Source: Vulcanimicrobiota bacterium
GTDB lineage: Bacteria; Vulcanimicrobiota; Vulcanimicrobiia; Vulcanimicrobiales; Vulcanimicrobiaceae
DNA: 64,000 bases
NCBI GenBank assembly: GCA_963812155.1
Contig: CAWETW010000002.1
Span: 96,001-160,000 of the forward strand
Direction of reading: 5' to 3'
Below, piece by piece: positions 30,659-40,862 of this stretch. The position numbers and the translations under genes were made by a program. The notes below the pieces were generated by a model. That model worked only from the letters and a program-made list of their open reading frames with translations. It was not told the DNA's origin and did no database searches. Position 1 is the first letter of the stretch; each line of letters begins with the position of its first letter.

Positions 30659-31840
30659 ATGACTGCTCCCGCGCCTACCACGGAAAAACAGCGCTTCAGC
30701 GTACCTGCAGGCTTTTATTGGGCGGTGCGCGGCGTTCACGCCGGCGCTCCGCTTTTTGTCGGACTCGGCAATCTCGAATCGCGCATGCTGGCCGGCCGGC
30801 TGGCGAACGTGCGCGTCGATCGTCCGGTCTACATCTGCGGCCTGCCGCGCGCCGGAACGACGATCTCGCTGCAGATGCTCAGCGAGCATCCCGACGTCAC
30901 GACGCACAAGTACGCCGACTTTTTGATGCCCTACGCGCCGTACGCTTGGAACTGGATCTTCCCGCGGGTTCCGGTCGACGCGATGCGCAAGCCGGTTCCG
31001 CGCATCCATCGCGACCGCATTCAAGTGACGCGCGACAGCGCCGAGATGGGCGAGGAAATCCTCTGGGAGCACTTCTTCCCCCACATTCACGACGAGTCGC
31101 AGCGCAGCGTGCTCGACCGCGACACGTCGAACCCGGCGTTCGAACGGTTCTACTCCGAGCATTTGCGCAAGCTGCTGTTGTCGCGCGGACGGTCTCGCTA
31201 CTTCAGCAAAGCGATCATGTGCGTCATTCGCATGCAGTATCTCTTGAAAATGTTTCCGGACGCGCGCTTTCTCTTGTACGTCCGGAATCCGGTGGATCAC
31301 GTTGCGTCGCTGCTCAAGCAGGACCGCATCTGGGACGAAATCGATCGTGAGGATCCGCGCCAGATCGAGATCATCGAGCTCACCGGCCACCACGAGTTCG
31401 GTCAACGGCAGATTCTGCCGAACGTCGGCGACAACGCGGTCATCAAGGAGATTCACGACCTGCGCGATCAAGGCCGCACGGTGCGCGCCCGCGCGCGCTT
31501 TTGGGCGTACATGTACGACTTCGTCCTTAAACAGATCGCATCCGATCCGGATTTGGCGAAGGCTGTGTGCCTCGTGCGCTATGAAGATCTCTGCGGCGAC
31601 TCGGCCGAAACGATCGACCGCATCATCGCGCACACCGGACTCGCGCCCGAGCCGTTCGCGGCAACCCGCGCTGCGTACACCGAGAAGCTGTCGCTACCCG
31701 ACTATTACAAGCCGAAGTTCGACGCACAAGAGCTTGCCGACATCGTCGACGTGACCGACCCGGTTGCGCGCCGCTTCAACTACGACGTCGCCGCAATTGC
31801 CGACCGCGCAAAGCCTGCACCGGAGACCAGCCCGGCCTAG
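30659..31840 (+). CDS. PAPS-dependent sulfotransferase
   Basis: 5'-PSB GLPRAGTT, 3'-PB VRNPVDHVAS, VRYEDL. Confidence 0.85.
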   Translation: MTAPAPTTEKQRFSVPAGFYWAVRGVHAGAPLFVGLGNLESRMLAGRLANVRVDRPVYICGLPRAGTTISLQMLSEHPDVTTHKYADFLMPYAPYAWNWIFPRVPVDAMRKPVPRIHRDRIQVTRDSAEMGEEILWEHFFPHIHDESQRSVLDRDTSNPAFERFYSEHLRKLLLSRGRSRYFSKAIMCVIRMQYLLKMFPDARFLLYVRNPVDHVASLLKQDRIWDEIDREDPRQIEIIELTGHHEFGQRQILPNVGDNAVIKEIHDLRDQGRTVRARARFWAYMYDFVLKQIASDPDLAKAVCLVRYEDLCGDSAETIDRIIAHTGLAPEPFAATRAAYTEKLSLPDYYKPKFDAQELADIVDVTDPVARRFNYDVAAIADRAKPAPETSPA

Positions 31841-31920
31841 CAGACCACGCGGCGCCGCGGTTGTGTTGCCGGGGAGGCGGCTTCGCGGCGTCGAAGCCAT
31901 CGCGCAACGGAGGTATTCTC

Positions 31921-32487
31921 ATGACACGCACGTTGTTGCATGCTTTTCGGTTTCTTTTTTCGGCTTCGATTGCGATCACACTGACCGCTTGCGCCACGAA
32001 TTCGCAGAGTGGCGTTCCCGGCGCTGGCAATGCACCGCAAGTCCCCACCACAACTGCAGACTATCGTGAACGACTCGGGCGACTATAGCGGTTCGTTCCA
32101 GGACAGCGCACTTGGGGCCGGCAGCGCAAGCGCCTCGCTAGCCCAGGACGGCCAAGTCGTCGGCGGCGTCATAAACGTAGCGTATGGATCGAACAACGTC
32201 TCGTACTCCGTCGCCGAGCAAACGCAAGACGGCCTATCGATCGGCGGTGCTCAGGTCGCAGAACTTAGCCAGCGGCGTGTGCTCGCTGAGCGTTACCGCG
32301 ACGTACCACAAAAAAACAAACGTCCTGTCGGGAACGTACCAGGAACGCCAACGGATGCGCCGGAGTAACCGGTTCGTTCTCGCTTCAGCACGAGTGCGTC
32401 TTCAAGCGCGCCGGCTTGCTCGATATCGTTTCGGCTGAAAGCCGCAGCGCCAGCATGAATCCAGACCACGGTCCTCAACCCTGCTAG
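31921..32487 (+). pseudogene. Lipoprotein gene broken by about 3 frameshifts (pseudogene or assembly error)
   Basis: GGAGG RBS, LTAC lipobox; coherent beta-rich sequence continues across frames near 32050, 32265, 32345 to ...HGPQPC*. Confidence 0.55.
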
Positions 32488-32490
32488 AAT

Positions 32491-35190
32491 TTAGAGAATG
32501 CGGGAGGCGTGGGCCGCGGCTTTCTCGTCTCCCCAAATGGAACCGATCGCCTTGGCAGACGCGAGTTCATCCGGCCCTAAGGCCAAGTTAAGTGCTCGCA
32601 GGAGGTCTTCCTCAATCGATACGATCGGTTTCGACTAAGTTGCCATTCCCATAGTCTAAAGCGTTCGTCGGCGTAGCCGTAGAGTCGGGCAGAGGCTGTC
32701 GGCTCCTCGTTGCAGCGAATCGCCGCTACGTAGAAAATTGCTAGCGCCGTAGTAAAGCGCGTGACTCGCCCGCATCGCCGAGGCCAAAGCCTCTCGAATG
32801 GCGTCGGCGGCCCTTTTGCGATCTTCCCGATGAATACGACAGCTTGCAATCGTGTTCATCAAGGTACAGGCTTCGAATCGTCGAAGCGCCCGCTAAGGCT
32901 TCTTGCGCGATTGCGGCACCGGCCTCGAGTTCTCCAGCTAGGGCTTCGCGGTCGGCCCACCGCGCCAGTGCGCGAGCTGTTTCGTCATCGCGTCCCAGGG
33001 CACGAAAGAGCGATACACTTTCCGAAAACCGATCGCGCGCCGGCGCGATATCTTCTGCCCGATAGATACATGCGCAACGTTGCAGTGTCGCCGCTAGAAG
33101 ACGCCGATCATTCAGGGACCGTGCTCTCTCTAGGGCATCACCTGCGACCGGCAAGGCATCGTCATATCTTTCGCACGTCGGCGAGCTGGTAGGCTACTTG
33201 CGAAAGCGCTCGCGTCAAACCACGTTCGTCGCCCGATTCACCGTAGAGTTCGACGGCCTTTCGCGCGACCGTCAGCGCCGCCTGATTGGCGCCTTGGTTG
33301 TGATAAGAGCATCGACAGCGCGTAGTGGATGCGCGCGCGCATTTCGGGCGTTAGATGTTCCGCGAACTGCAGGGCACGCTCGCACCAGCCTATGCCTTCT
33401 CGTAGCAGCGATAGGCGCAGAAAAATCGGACCGGCACTTCCAGCGATCGTGCCGCCGGTCACGACATCGCCTTCGTGTCCGAGCGTCCATTCGAGTGCGG
33501 CGCGCAGGTTATCGAGCTCTAGCCGATTTCGCGACAGCCAATCGGGTGCGGGCGCCGTATCGAATTCGACGTACGCACGTTCCGCGAGGGCCGCGAACGC
33601 ACGCGCATGCCGGCTCAAAACGTCTTGCGTCGTGCCGCCTTGATCGAGCCGCTCGCGCGCATACTGGCGAATCGGCTCCAGCAGGCGGTAGCGATCGCCC
33701 GAATCGCGAGACTCGACCACGACTAACGACTTATCGACCAGCGACGTCAGGCGGTCGAGCGTGTCGAACGAATCCTCCTCGTCGGCCGCGTGAACGGCAG
33801 TCGCGGCGTCGAGCGTGAAGCCGCCGGCAAACACCGAAACGTCGCGAAACAGGCTCCGCTCCTCGTTTGTGAGTAATTCGTAACTCCAATCGATCAGCGC
33901 GTGCATCGTCTGCTGCCGGGCCTGGCGATCGCGCGGGCCGCCCGTCAGCACGCGGAGCTGCAACCGGCGCGAGAGCTCCTCGAGCGAGACGGCGCGCATG
34001 CGCGCTGCCGCCAGCTCGATCGCTAGGGCGATGCCGTCGAGCCGGTTGCAGAGATCTTCAACGGCAGCACGGTTTGCGTCGTCGACTCGAAACTTCGGAT
34101 TGACGGCCTGTGCGCGCTCGGCAAACAGCGCGACGGCGTCGCCGCTTCCAAGCGACGACAACCGAAGCACGCGTTCGCCCGCAACGTTGAGCGGCTCGCG
34201 GCTGGTGGCAAGAATCGTCACATGCGGACAGCTCGCAAGAATCGCGCTCGCGATGCGACTCACCTCCGCAACGAGATGCTCGCAGTTGTCGAGCACGAGC
34301 AGCAGCTCGCGCTCCTTGAGATACCCCAGCAAAACGTCGATGGCCGGAGCATCCGAAGTTTGGTCGGCGCCGAGCGCCGACAACATCGCGCTGGCTACCA
34401 ATGCAGGATCGGAAAGCGGCGCTAAGTCGACGAACCACGCACCGTCGCGCGTGTCTTCGAGCATGTCCGAAGCCGCCTCTACCGCCAAACGCGTCTTGCC
34501 GACGCCGCCCGTGCCGGCGATCGTGACGAGCGAATTCGCTCGCAACAGTGCTTCGACGTTGGACACGTCGGGCTGACGGCCGACGAAACTGGTTGGTTGA
34601 CGCGGCAGATTGTTCGGCGGCGTTTCCAGCGCGCGCAGCGGCTTGAACGCCGAACGCATGCCGGGCGCGGTCAGTTGATAGACGCGCTCGGCCTGACGGA
34701 ATCCGCGCAACGGCAGCATTCCGAGCGATCGCAGCCCCGTATCGGGCGCAAGATGCGGCGCCGCCTCGTCGGCCGCGACGCCAGAAACGAGCACCTGCCC
34801 GCCGTGACCGGCGGAAAGCAAGCGCGCGACGCGATTGACGGCCGGGCCGAAATAATCACCGTCGCGCTCGTCGGCATCGCCGCTGTGAACGGCCATGCGC
34901 ACGCGCAATCCGTCGACCGCGTCCCAATCTTGCGCGCCGAGTTCGCGTTGAGCCGAAGCCGCCGCCGCAACCGCTCGCTCGACGCTGGGAAAGGCGGCGC
35001 AGAATGCGTCGCCGATGGTCTTGAACACGGAACCGCCGTGCGACTCGATCGCGGCGCGGACGATCGCGTCGTGGCGTCGCAACGCGTCCTGCATCGCGGC
35101 GCGATCGTGGTCCCAGCGCTGCGTGCTGCCCTCGATGTCGGTAAAGAGAAACGCGACGTTTCCGCTTGGCAGCGGGTCGGCTTGAGTCAC
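32491..35190 (-). CDS. Class III nucleotide cyclase - P-loop ATPase - TPR-like regulator; C-terminal part multiply frameshifted
   Basis: FTDIEGST, KTIGDAF, DYFGPAVNRVARL, GTGGVGKT, LVLDNCEH, LDGIALAIELAA; helical C-terminus split across frames 32491-33300. Confidence 0.85.
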
Positions 35191-35255
35191 CGATTACCGC
35201 GCCGCGAAAAGGGGTAAGAGAAAACGCTCGCGTGCTCGAGCGGAAGGACCTGCGT

Positions 35256-35681
35256 ATGTTTCGTATCAGCCTCCTCGCTTTGCTCGGATTCGCTCTCGCC
35301 GGTACCGCCCCCGCGTCGGCGGCGTGCGCCGGGCCCGACCCGGCGATCACGTCGGTCGCGGTCAAGAACGTGGCGCAATCCGGCGGCACCAGTCACTACA
35401 CGCTGGCCGTAACCGTGACCAACGACGGCAGCCAGGCGCAAGCCAAGGACGTCCTGCAATTCGTGGACATTTATCAAGTCCCCGGTGAAAAGCTCGACGC
35501 GAAAAGCGTGCCGCCGCTGCAGGCGGGCCAAACCTACACGGTTACCTACGAAACGATGCGCGCGAGCGATGCCGGCAACGGCACGACGCACCTTCGCTTT
35601 GCACTCGACCAGCGGCAACCGTCGCCCGGCAGCGGAACCGACTGCGACGCCGCCAACGACTCGTACCCGTTCACGTTCTAA
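35256..35681 (+). CDS. Secreted CARDB/Ig-like protein
   Basis: Signal peptide, VTVTNDG, VPPLQAGQ, terminal Cys pair, AAGGA RBS. Confidence 0.65.
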   Translation: MFRISLLALLGFALAGTAPASAACAGPDPAITSVAVKNVAQSGGTSHYTLAVTVTNDGSQAQAKDVLQFVDIYQVPGEKLDAKSVPPLQAGQTYTVTYETMRASDAGNGTTHLRFALDQRQPSPGSGTDCDAANDSYPFTF

Positions 35682-35714
35682 GACGCGGGCGGGGCGACGC
35701 AGCCGGCCGGCGCG

Positions 35715-37067
35715 TTATTCGTCGTCGACGGGATGGTTCGACGGGCGCTCGTGCTCGAAATACGAACGGGAGTAGCGAGCCTCGAGCGGCGTAAAGCTGC
35801 GCGGCGATTGATTGAAATTGAACGCGTCGTTGACGAAGCTGGCGGCGCGCTCGTCGGTCGTGCCCAGCGACGGCAGATCCCAGTTCTCCTCGACCAACTT
35901 GATGATGCTGCCGAACTCGTAGTCCGAATGCATCACGTAGCCGCGCTTTGCAAACGGCGAAACGACGAGCATCGGAACGCGGAAACCCAGACCGCCGTAT
36001 TCGATCGGAGCCGGCGGCGGCACGTGATCGTACCAACCTCCCCAGTCGTCCCACACGACGATCACCACCGTCGATTGCCAGGCCGGGCTCTTTCCGATCG
36101 CATTGATCACTTGCGCTACCCACGAAGGACCGGTATCGCCGGTCGCGCCGGAGTGGTCCGAGTTGAGAAAGTCGGGAATCACCCAGGATACCGAAGGCAG
36201 CGCACCGGCTGAAATGTCTTTGAACACGTTGGTTTCAGGCCAGGTCACGTTGGTATTCCATTCCGGTCCGTGGCGCACGGCATCGATCGCATCGAATGCG
36301 TTCCACAGAGAGCCGCCGAAACTGTGACCGACTTGCGGAGCGTAGTAGCGCCACGTGATGCCCTTCGCGTCGAGCGTGTCGCGCAGCGTGCGGTAGTGGA
36401 GGCATGGGTACGGCCCGTCGTTGGGCAAGACTGCGTTGTTGCGCGTAATGAGCGTCGTCAGCGTTCCGCGCGGCGCGTCGCAGCCCCACGGCGGAAACGT
36501 GGGGAAATCGACGATGGCTTTCGACGAATCGACCTTGGTGCCGCCGGCGATTAAATCCTGATGCGCGGTGAAGCTGCCGCTGCCCTGAGTCTGAAACATG
36601 TGATCGGCGAGCACGTACTGCGATGCCAGCGTCCAGTAGGGCTTGATTTGGGCGGGATTGACGTATTGATAGAGACCCTTCGGCGAATACTTTCCGAAAT
36701 TGATCAGGTCGAAGCCGTTCATTTTTCCGTGGTTGTATCCGAGAAGCCATGCCGCATGGTTGTTGCTCGGAGCGCCGACGTCGAAGAGATTGTGCTCCTG
36801 CAGCACGATGGTGCTGCCGTCGTGGAGTTTACCGACCCGCGTGCCGTCGGCGCCCGGATAGGTCGCGAAGAGATTGTCGAACGTGCGATTCTCTTGCACC
36901 ATGATGACGACGTGCGTAAAGTACTTGCCTTGCGTTGCCGGGGGCAGCGGGGGCAGCGGGCCGGAAGATCCCGAGGAGCCGCCGCCACCGCCGCCGCACG
37001 CGCTCAACAGCATGCACGCGGCTGCCGCGAGGAAACCCAAGCAAGCACGAGATCGCGATGAAGGCAC
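35715..37067 (-). CDS. Secreted phosphoesterase lipoprotein, paralog 3
   Basis: LSAC lipobox, QENRTFDN, GKMNGF, WDDWGGWYDH, GLGFRVP. Confidence 0.88.
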   Translation of the reverse strand: MPSSRSRACLGFLAAAACMLLSACGGGGGGSSGSSGPLPPLPPATQGKYFTHVVIMVQENRTFDNLFATYPGADGTRVGKLHDGSTIVLQEHNLFDVGAPSNNHAAWLLGYNHGKMNGFDLINFGKYSPKGLYQYVNPAQIKPYWTLASQYVLADHMFQTQGSGSFTAHQDLIAGGTKVDSSKAIVDFPTFPPWGCDAPRGTLTTLITRNNAVLPNDGPYPCLHYRTLRDTLDAKGITWRYYAPQVGHSFGGSLWNAFDAIDAVRHGPEWNTNVTWPETNVFKDISAGALPSVSWVIPDFLNSDHSGATGDTGPSWVAQVINAIGKSPAWQSTVVIVVWDDWGGWYDHVPPPAPIEYGGLGFRVPMLVVSPFAKRGYVMHSDYEFGSIIKLVEENWDLPSLGTTDERAASFVNDAFNFNQSPRSFTPLEARYSRSYFEHERPSNHPVDDE

Positions 37068-37106
37068 GAGGTTGTTGATAAATCGCGAGTGCGCGCCAAT
37101 CCTGTA

Positions 37107-38654
37107 TTACAAACCGTAATACTTGAACGACGGCCACATCGCCGCCAGCGGTGCGCGTGGCCGCGTGCAGAGGTAAATCGGCAACGGACCTTCGAGAATC
37201 CACCGATATGCGTTGCGATAGACCGCGACTTGAACGACGCTTCCGAACGACCGCAACAGCAGCGGATAGTCGGTCGCTCCGACGGCCAGAACCGAGCGGC
37301 CGCTATAACCGCGCGTTCCCCACAGATAGTACGAGTTGTTCGGACTGATGACGGGCGGCAATCCAAGCGGAGGTCCGTAGAAATCGATCGCCCCGGCGTA
37401 CGCGTAACGGTCGGCAAAGATCGCCGTCTGCGCTCGCGTCGGTCGCGGAAGCGCCCAGTACGCGGCGGCTACCGTCTTCGTCATGGCTTTCCAACCGAGC
37501 TGGTCGGCGTATAACGGGTTGATCAGATGATGCGTGCCGTCGGGAGGCATCGGCCGGCTCAAGCCGATGGCGATTTCGTATCGCATGTAAGCAGGCAGCG
37601 GCAAAACCGGGAGAGCGAGCGGTGCGAAAACGGCGCCGGCGAGCGCGGCGGCTACCAGAATCCCCGGCCGCCACCACGAGGAACGCCGCGCCGAAAAACG
37701 CTCGATGCCCACGGACCCTGCGGCGAACAACGCCGGATAGAAGCCCTCCAGGTAATATCCGCGACCGATCGAGACGACGATGACGCCGACCAGCACTGCG
37801 TAGGCGACCGGAACGAACCGGTACTCGGCTTCGGGCGTTCCGCGTGCGAGAACGAAGAGGCCTGCAATCCATACGACGGCGTAGAATGGATTTTGGTACG
37901 CGATTTGCGTCGCAACGAAGTAGCCGGCGTTGAGCGCGAGATTCGCCGACTCGTCGGCAACGCCGTTGGCGAGCGCGTGCCGGTTGAGTTGATCGCCGTG
38001 CAGCACGCCGAGCATCGGCAGCCCGTGAGAGATTTGCCAGATCGCATTCGGCAGCAGCGCCGCGACGACGAGCGCGATGCCGGCGGCGAGATATCGCGAT
38101 GCGAGCAACCTTGCGTTCCCGGTCAGCGCCAGCGCGACGCCCAAGGCCAGCGCGCACGCCGCGATCGAATACTTCGCATACATTCCGACGATGACGACGG
38201 CCGCCATCGCGAGATAGATCCGTTCGTCGCGCGTTTTCACTAGCCGCATCGTCAGATAGATCAGCGCCGTCCACGCAACCGGCGAAAGCACTTCGGTAGA
38301 AAGCGCGTATCCCAAGCCTAAAAATGCCGGCGCGATGGCGACGGTCAAACCGGTCAAGGCTTGCGCGAATCCGTTTCCGCGAAGATCGCGCGCGATGCAA
38401 CAGGCGAGGAACACCGTCACGCCGGCGAATAGGGCGGGGAGCAGGCGCAACGCCCACAACGCATAGCCCAATGGGGCCGTGAGCCAGGCGATCAACGGCG
38501 CCAGCGGCGGCTGGTCGACGTATCCCCACGCCAAGTGGCGCGCGCAATCGATGAAATACAGCTCGTCGCGATAGTAGCCGAATCGGTGATTGAACGCCAG
38601 ATGCACGGCGATGGTGCCCAACGCAAGCGCGTAGGCGACCGGACGAAGCCTCAC
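37107..38654 (-). CDS. GT-C fold glycosyltransferase (ArnT/PMT, family 39-like)
   Basis: GYYRDELYF...HLAWGYVDQPPL, multiple TM helices. Confidence 0.85.
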   Translation of the reverse strand: MRLRPVAYALALGTIAVHLAFNHRFGYYRDELYFIDCARHLAWGYVDQPPLAPLIAWLTAPLGYALWALRLLPALFAGVTVFLACCIARDLRGNGFAQALTGLTVAIAPAFLGLGYALSTEVLSPVAWTALIYLTMRLVKTRDERIYLAMAAVVIVGMYAKYSIAACALALGVALALTGNARLLASRYLAAGIALVVAALLPNAIWQISHGLPMLGVLHGDQLNRHALANGVADESANLALNAGYFVATQIAYQNPFYAVVWIAGLFVLARGTPEAEYRFVPVAYAVLVGVIVVSIGRGYYLEGFYPALFAAGSVGIERFSARRSSWWRPGILVAAALAGAVFAPLALPVLPLPAYMRYEIAIGLSRPMPPDGTHHLINPLYADQLGWKAMTKTVAAAYWALPRPTRAQTAIFADRYAYAGAIDFYGPPLGLPPVISPNNSYYLWGTRGYSGRSVLAVGATDYPLLLRSFGSVVQVAVYRNAYRWILEGPLPIYLCTRPRAPLAAMWPSFKYYGL

Positions 38655-39742
38655 GGATTGGAGCGCGCCTGAAATCCGCCGACGAGCAGTTGAGCGACGC
38701 AGACGCCGGAGATGCCCGCCAATGCGATCGAACCGAAGAGAAAACTATCGTCCCACCAGGTTCCTCCGAAGAGCGGGACCGCCAAAAGGAAGTACGCTGC
38801 CAGATATCCCGCCGGCACCACGAACCCCAACAGACGAAAGGCGCCTTCACGCTGCAGCGACGGTTTGAACCGCGCAACGACGGCGTCGCCGAGCAATCCG
38901 GCTGCGATGCTGGCGAGTACGAACAGCAGCACGAGTTTGACGTCGTTTGCTAGTTCGCCGCCGACCCACAGTTTTTCGGCGACGCAGACCACCGCCAGTG
39001 CGCCGAACCGCAGCGTCGTCCGCGCTGCGAGGTAGAGCGCCGCCGCCGCAAGCAGCAGACTCTGCCACACGACGATCATCATCTCAAGCGCTTGTTTGTA
39101 GAAAACGAACACCGAAAGCACGAACTGCTCGTCGTGAAACTCGCTCTGTGAAAGCGGACGGTCGCGGAGAAGCGCCTCGGGATAGAAGCCGATCTGCATC
39201 ACGAATTGAATGACGTGGAACGCGAGGCCGATGGAAACCAGCATCGGAAGCTGATCGATCAGCCGCGTTGCCGGCGGGCGCGCCAGCGCGCTGCGCACGG
39301 GTCCGACGGCTAAAAAAAACAGTCCCGTGAGAAGGATCAAATGCGGCGGGCTCAAGAGCAAATCGAGTTGATGCTCGAATCCGAAGACCGCGTGCCATGC
39401 CGAGTCGAGCGCGCCTCCCAGCAGCAGGCCGGCGACGCCCACGACGCTGAGCCGGTAACTGTCGGGTACCGCTTCCCACCACGATTGCCCGGGACGGCGA
39501 TTGCGTGCGGTGGCGACGGCGAGCACGGCGGCCGAGAATGCCGCCCCGCTGTACATGACGCCGTGCCATGGATTGAGAAACGTGTCGACCGTGGCCAAGA
39601 GGTGTTCGTGCGCGTCGATGAACAAACCGGTCATCGTCCAGGTCACGGCCAGCGTGATGAGCCAATCGAGCAGGCTCGGCGCACCGAGCCGCTCTTGACG
39701 AGGAAGGGGGGTTCGCTCGAGTTCGATGCTCTGTCCCCGCAT
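38651..39742 (-). CDS. Polytopic membrane protein with two DxxxH...H motifs (start uncertain)
   Basis: DAHEH-x12-H and DSAWH-x16-H; about 9 hydrophobic segments; stop overlaps GT start. Confidence 0.75.
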   Translation of the reverse strand: MRGQSIELERTPLPRQERLGAPSLLDWLITLAVTWTMTGLFIDAHEHLLATVDTFLNPWHGVMYSGAAFSAAVLAVATARNRRPGQSWWEAVPDSYRLSVVGVAGLLLGGALDSAWHAVFGFEHQLDLLLSPPHLILLTGLFFLAVGPVRSALARPPATRLIDQLPMLVSIGLAFHVIQFVMQIGFYPEALLRDRPLSQSEFHDEQFVLSVFVFYKQALEMMIVVWQSLLLAAAALYLAARTTLRFGALAVVCVAEKLWVGGELANDVKLVLLFVLASIAAGLLGDAVVARFKPSLQREGAFRLLGFVVPAGYLAAYFLLAVPLFGGTWWDDSFLFGSIALAGISGVCVAQLLVGGFQARSNP

Positions 39743-40190
39743 GCGGCCCGCTTTCCGCCTCGTTCGCAAACCCCTTCCGCTGTTATGCGCCGCGTTGTTC
39801 GCATCGCTCGTCGCATGCGAATCGAAGCCGCTCGCACCGCCGGCCAATCTCATCATTGCGGCGCGCGAACCGGCGCGCCCGAAAGCGCCGGTGCGGTTAC
39901 CGGATGCGCCGCCGCAGATCGTGCGCATTTGGATGTCGACGCTGACGCTGCGGCCCGGAATGTGGTTCGACGGTACGATCGTCGCGAGCACGAACGTCGC
40001 TTCGGTCGAGGTTCGAACGGCAGCGTTTTCAATCAACAGCCAGCACGTCGCGCCCGGATTCTTTCGTTTCCACGCACTCGTGCTCGAAGTGCCCGCGCTA
40101 TCGCGGCTTCGCTCCTACGAACTCTTCATCATTGCGCGCAACACGGCGGGCGAACAGGAAGTCGAACGCGCGACGCTCTCCCTGAAATAA
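39741..40190 (+). CDS. Hypothetical lipoprotein
   Basis: LVAC lipobox; Ig-like beta-rich C-terminus. Confidence 0.6.
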   Translation: MRPAFRLVRKPLPLLCAALFASLVACESKPLAPPANLIIAAREPARPKAPVRLPDAPPQIVRIWMSTLTLRPGMWFDGTIVASTNVASVEVRTAAFSINSQHVAPGFFRFHALVLEVPALSRLRSYELFIIARNTAGEQEVERATLSLK

Positions 40191-40203
40191 CGCGAAACGC
40201 CGC

Positions 40204-40719
40204 TCAGTAGTCCCGCGCCGGATTCGGGTCGTCTTGGTAGCCGGCCGCCGAACGCGTGCGCAGTAACGCGCCGAGCGCATTCGCATCGGCGATCGTCCGG
40301 TTTCCCTGGGCGAGCCATTCCAGCTTCCACGTCCCACCGTTGCGCGCGAACGCTGCCACGTAGAAGACGTGCGCGATTCCGCCGCGCTCGTAACTGAGCG
40401 CACAAACGGAAGCGTCGCACAGCGCGACCGACATCCGCCGTCCCGGCAGCGACGCGTCGACGATCACGTCGGTCGGATTCCATCGCCCTCCCGGCTCCGC
40501 AAGCACCCAGCCGCCCGCCTTACCGCCTCCCGGCAACGCGAAGGTTCCCGTTCGAATCGCGGTGGGAAGACCGGCGAGAGAATTCACTTCGCGCAGTTCT
40601 CCAGTCGCACCGGCGAGTGCAGTGGGCGGATGAAGCGCCGCCGCTTGCGCCGCCTCGAGGCCGGCGCCGGCAATGAGCGCGCACGCGGCGCACGTCAATA
40701 CAATCCATTTCACGGTCAT
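40204..40719 (-). CDS. Hypothetical secreted protein
   Basis: GGAG RBS, signal peptide, YERGGIA. Confidence 0.6.
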   Translation of the reverse strand: MTVKWIVLTCAACALIAGAGLEAAQAAALHPPTALAGATGELREVNSLAGLPTAIRTGTFALPGGGKAGGWVLAEPGGRWNPTDVIVDASLPGRRMSVALCDASVCALSYERGGIAHVFYVAAFARNGGTWKLEWLAQGNRTIADANALGALLRTRSAAGYQDDPNPARDY

Positions 40720-40862
40720 GAACGTCTCCGCCGTTGGTAGTTGACGATGGTACTTTTGTGGAGGGTTCGCAGCCTGCAGGGCGAACGGCCCGGCAGCCAA
40801 TTCGGGCCGCTTCGAACCGGCCGTTCTATTACCTCACGCTCTTATTTCGGAGGTCAAGTCGC

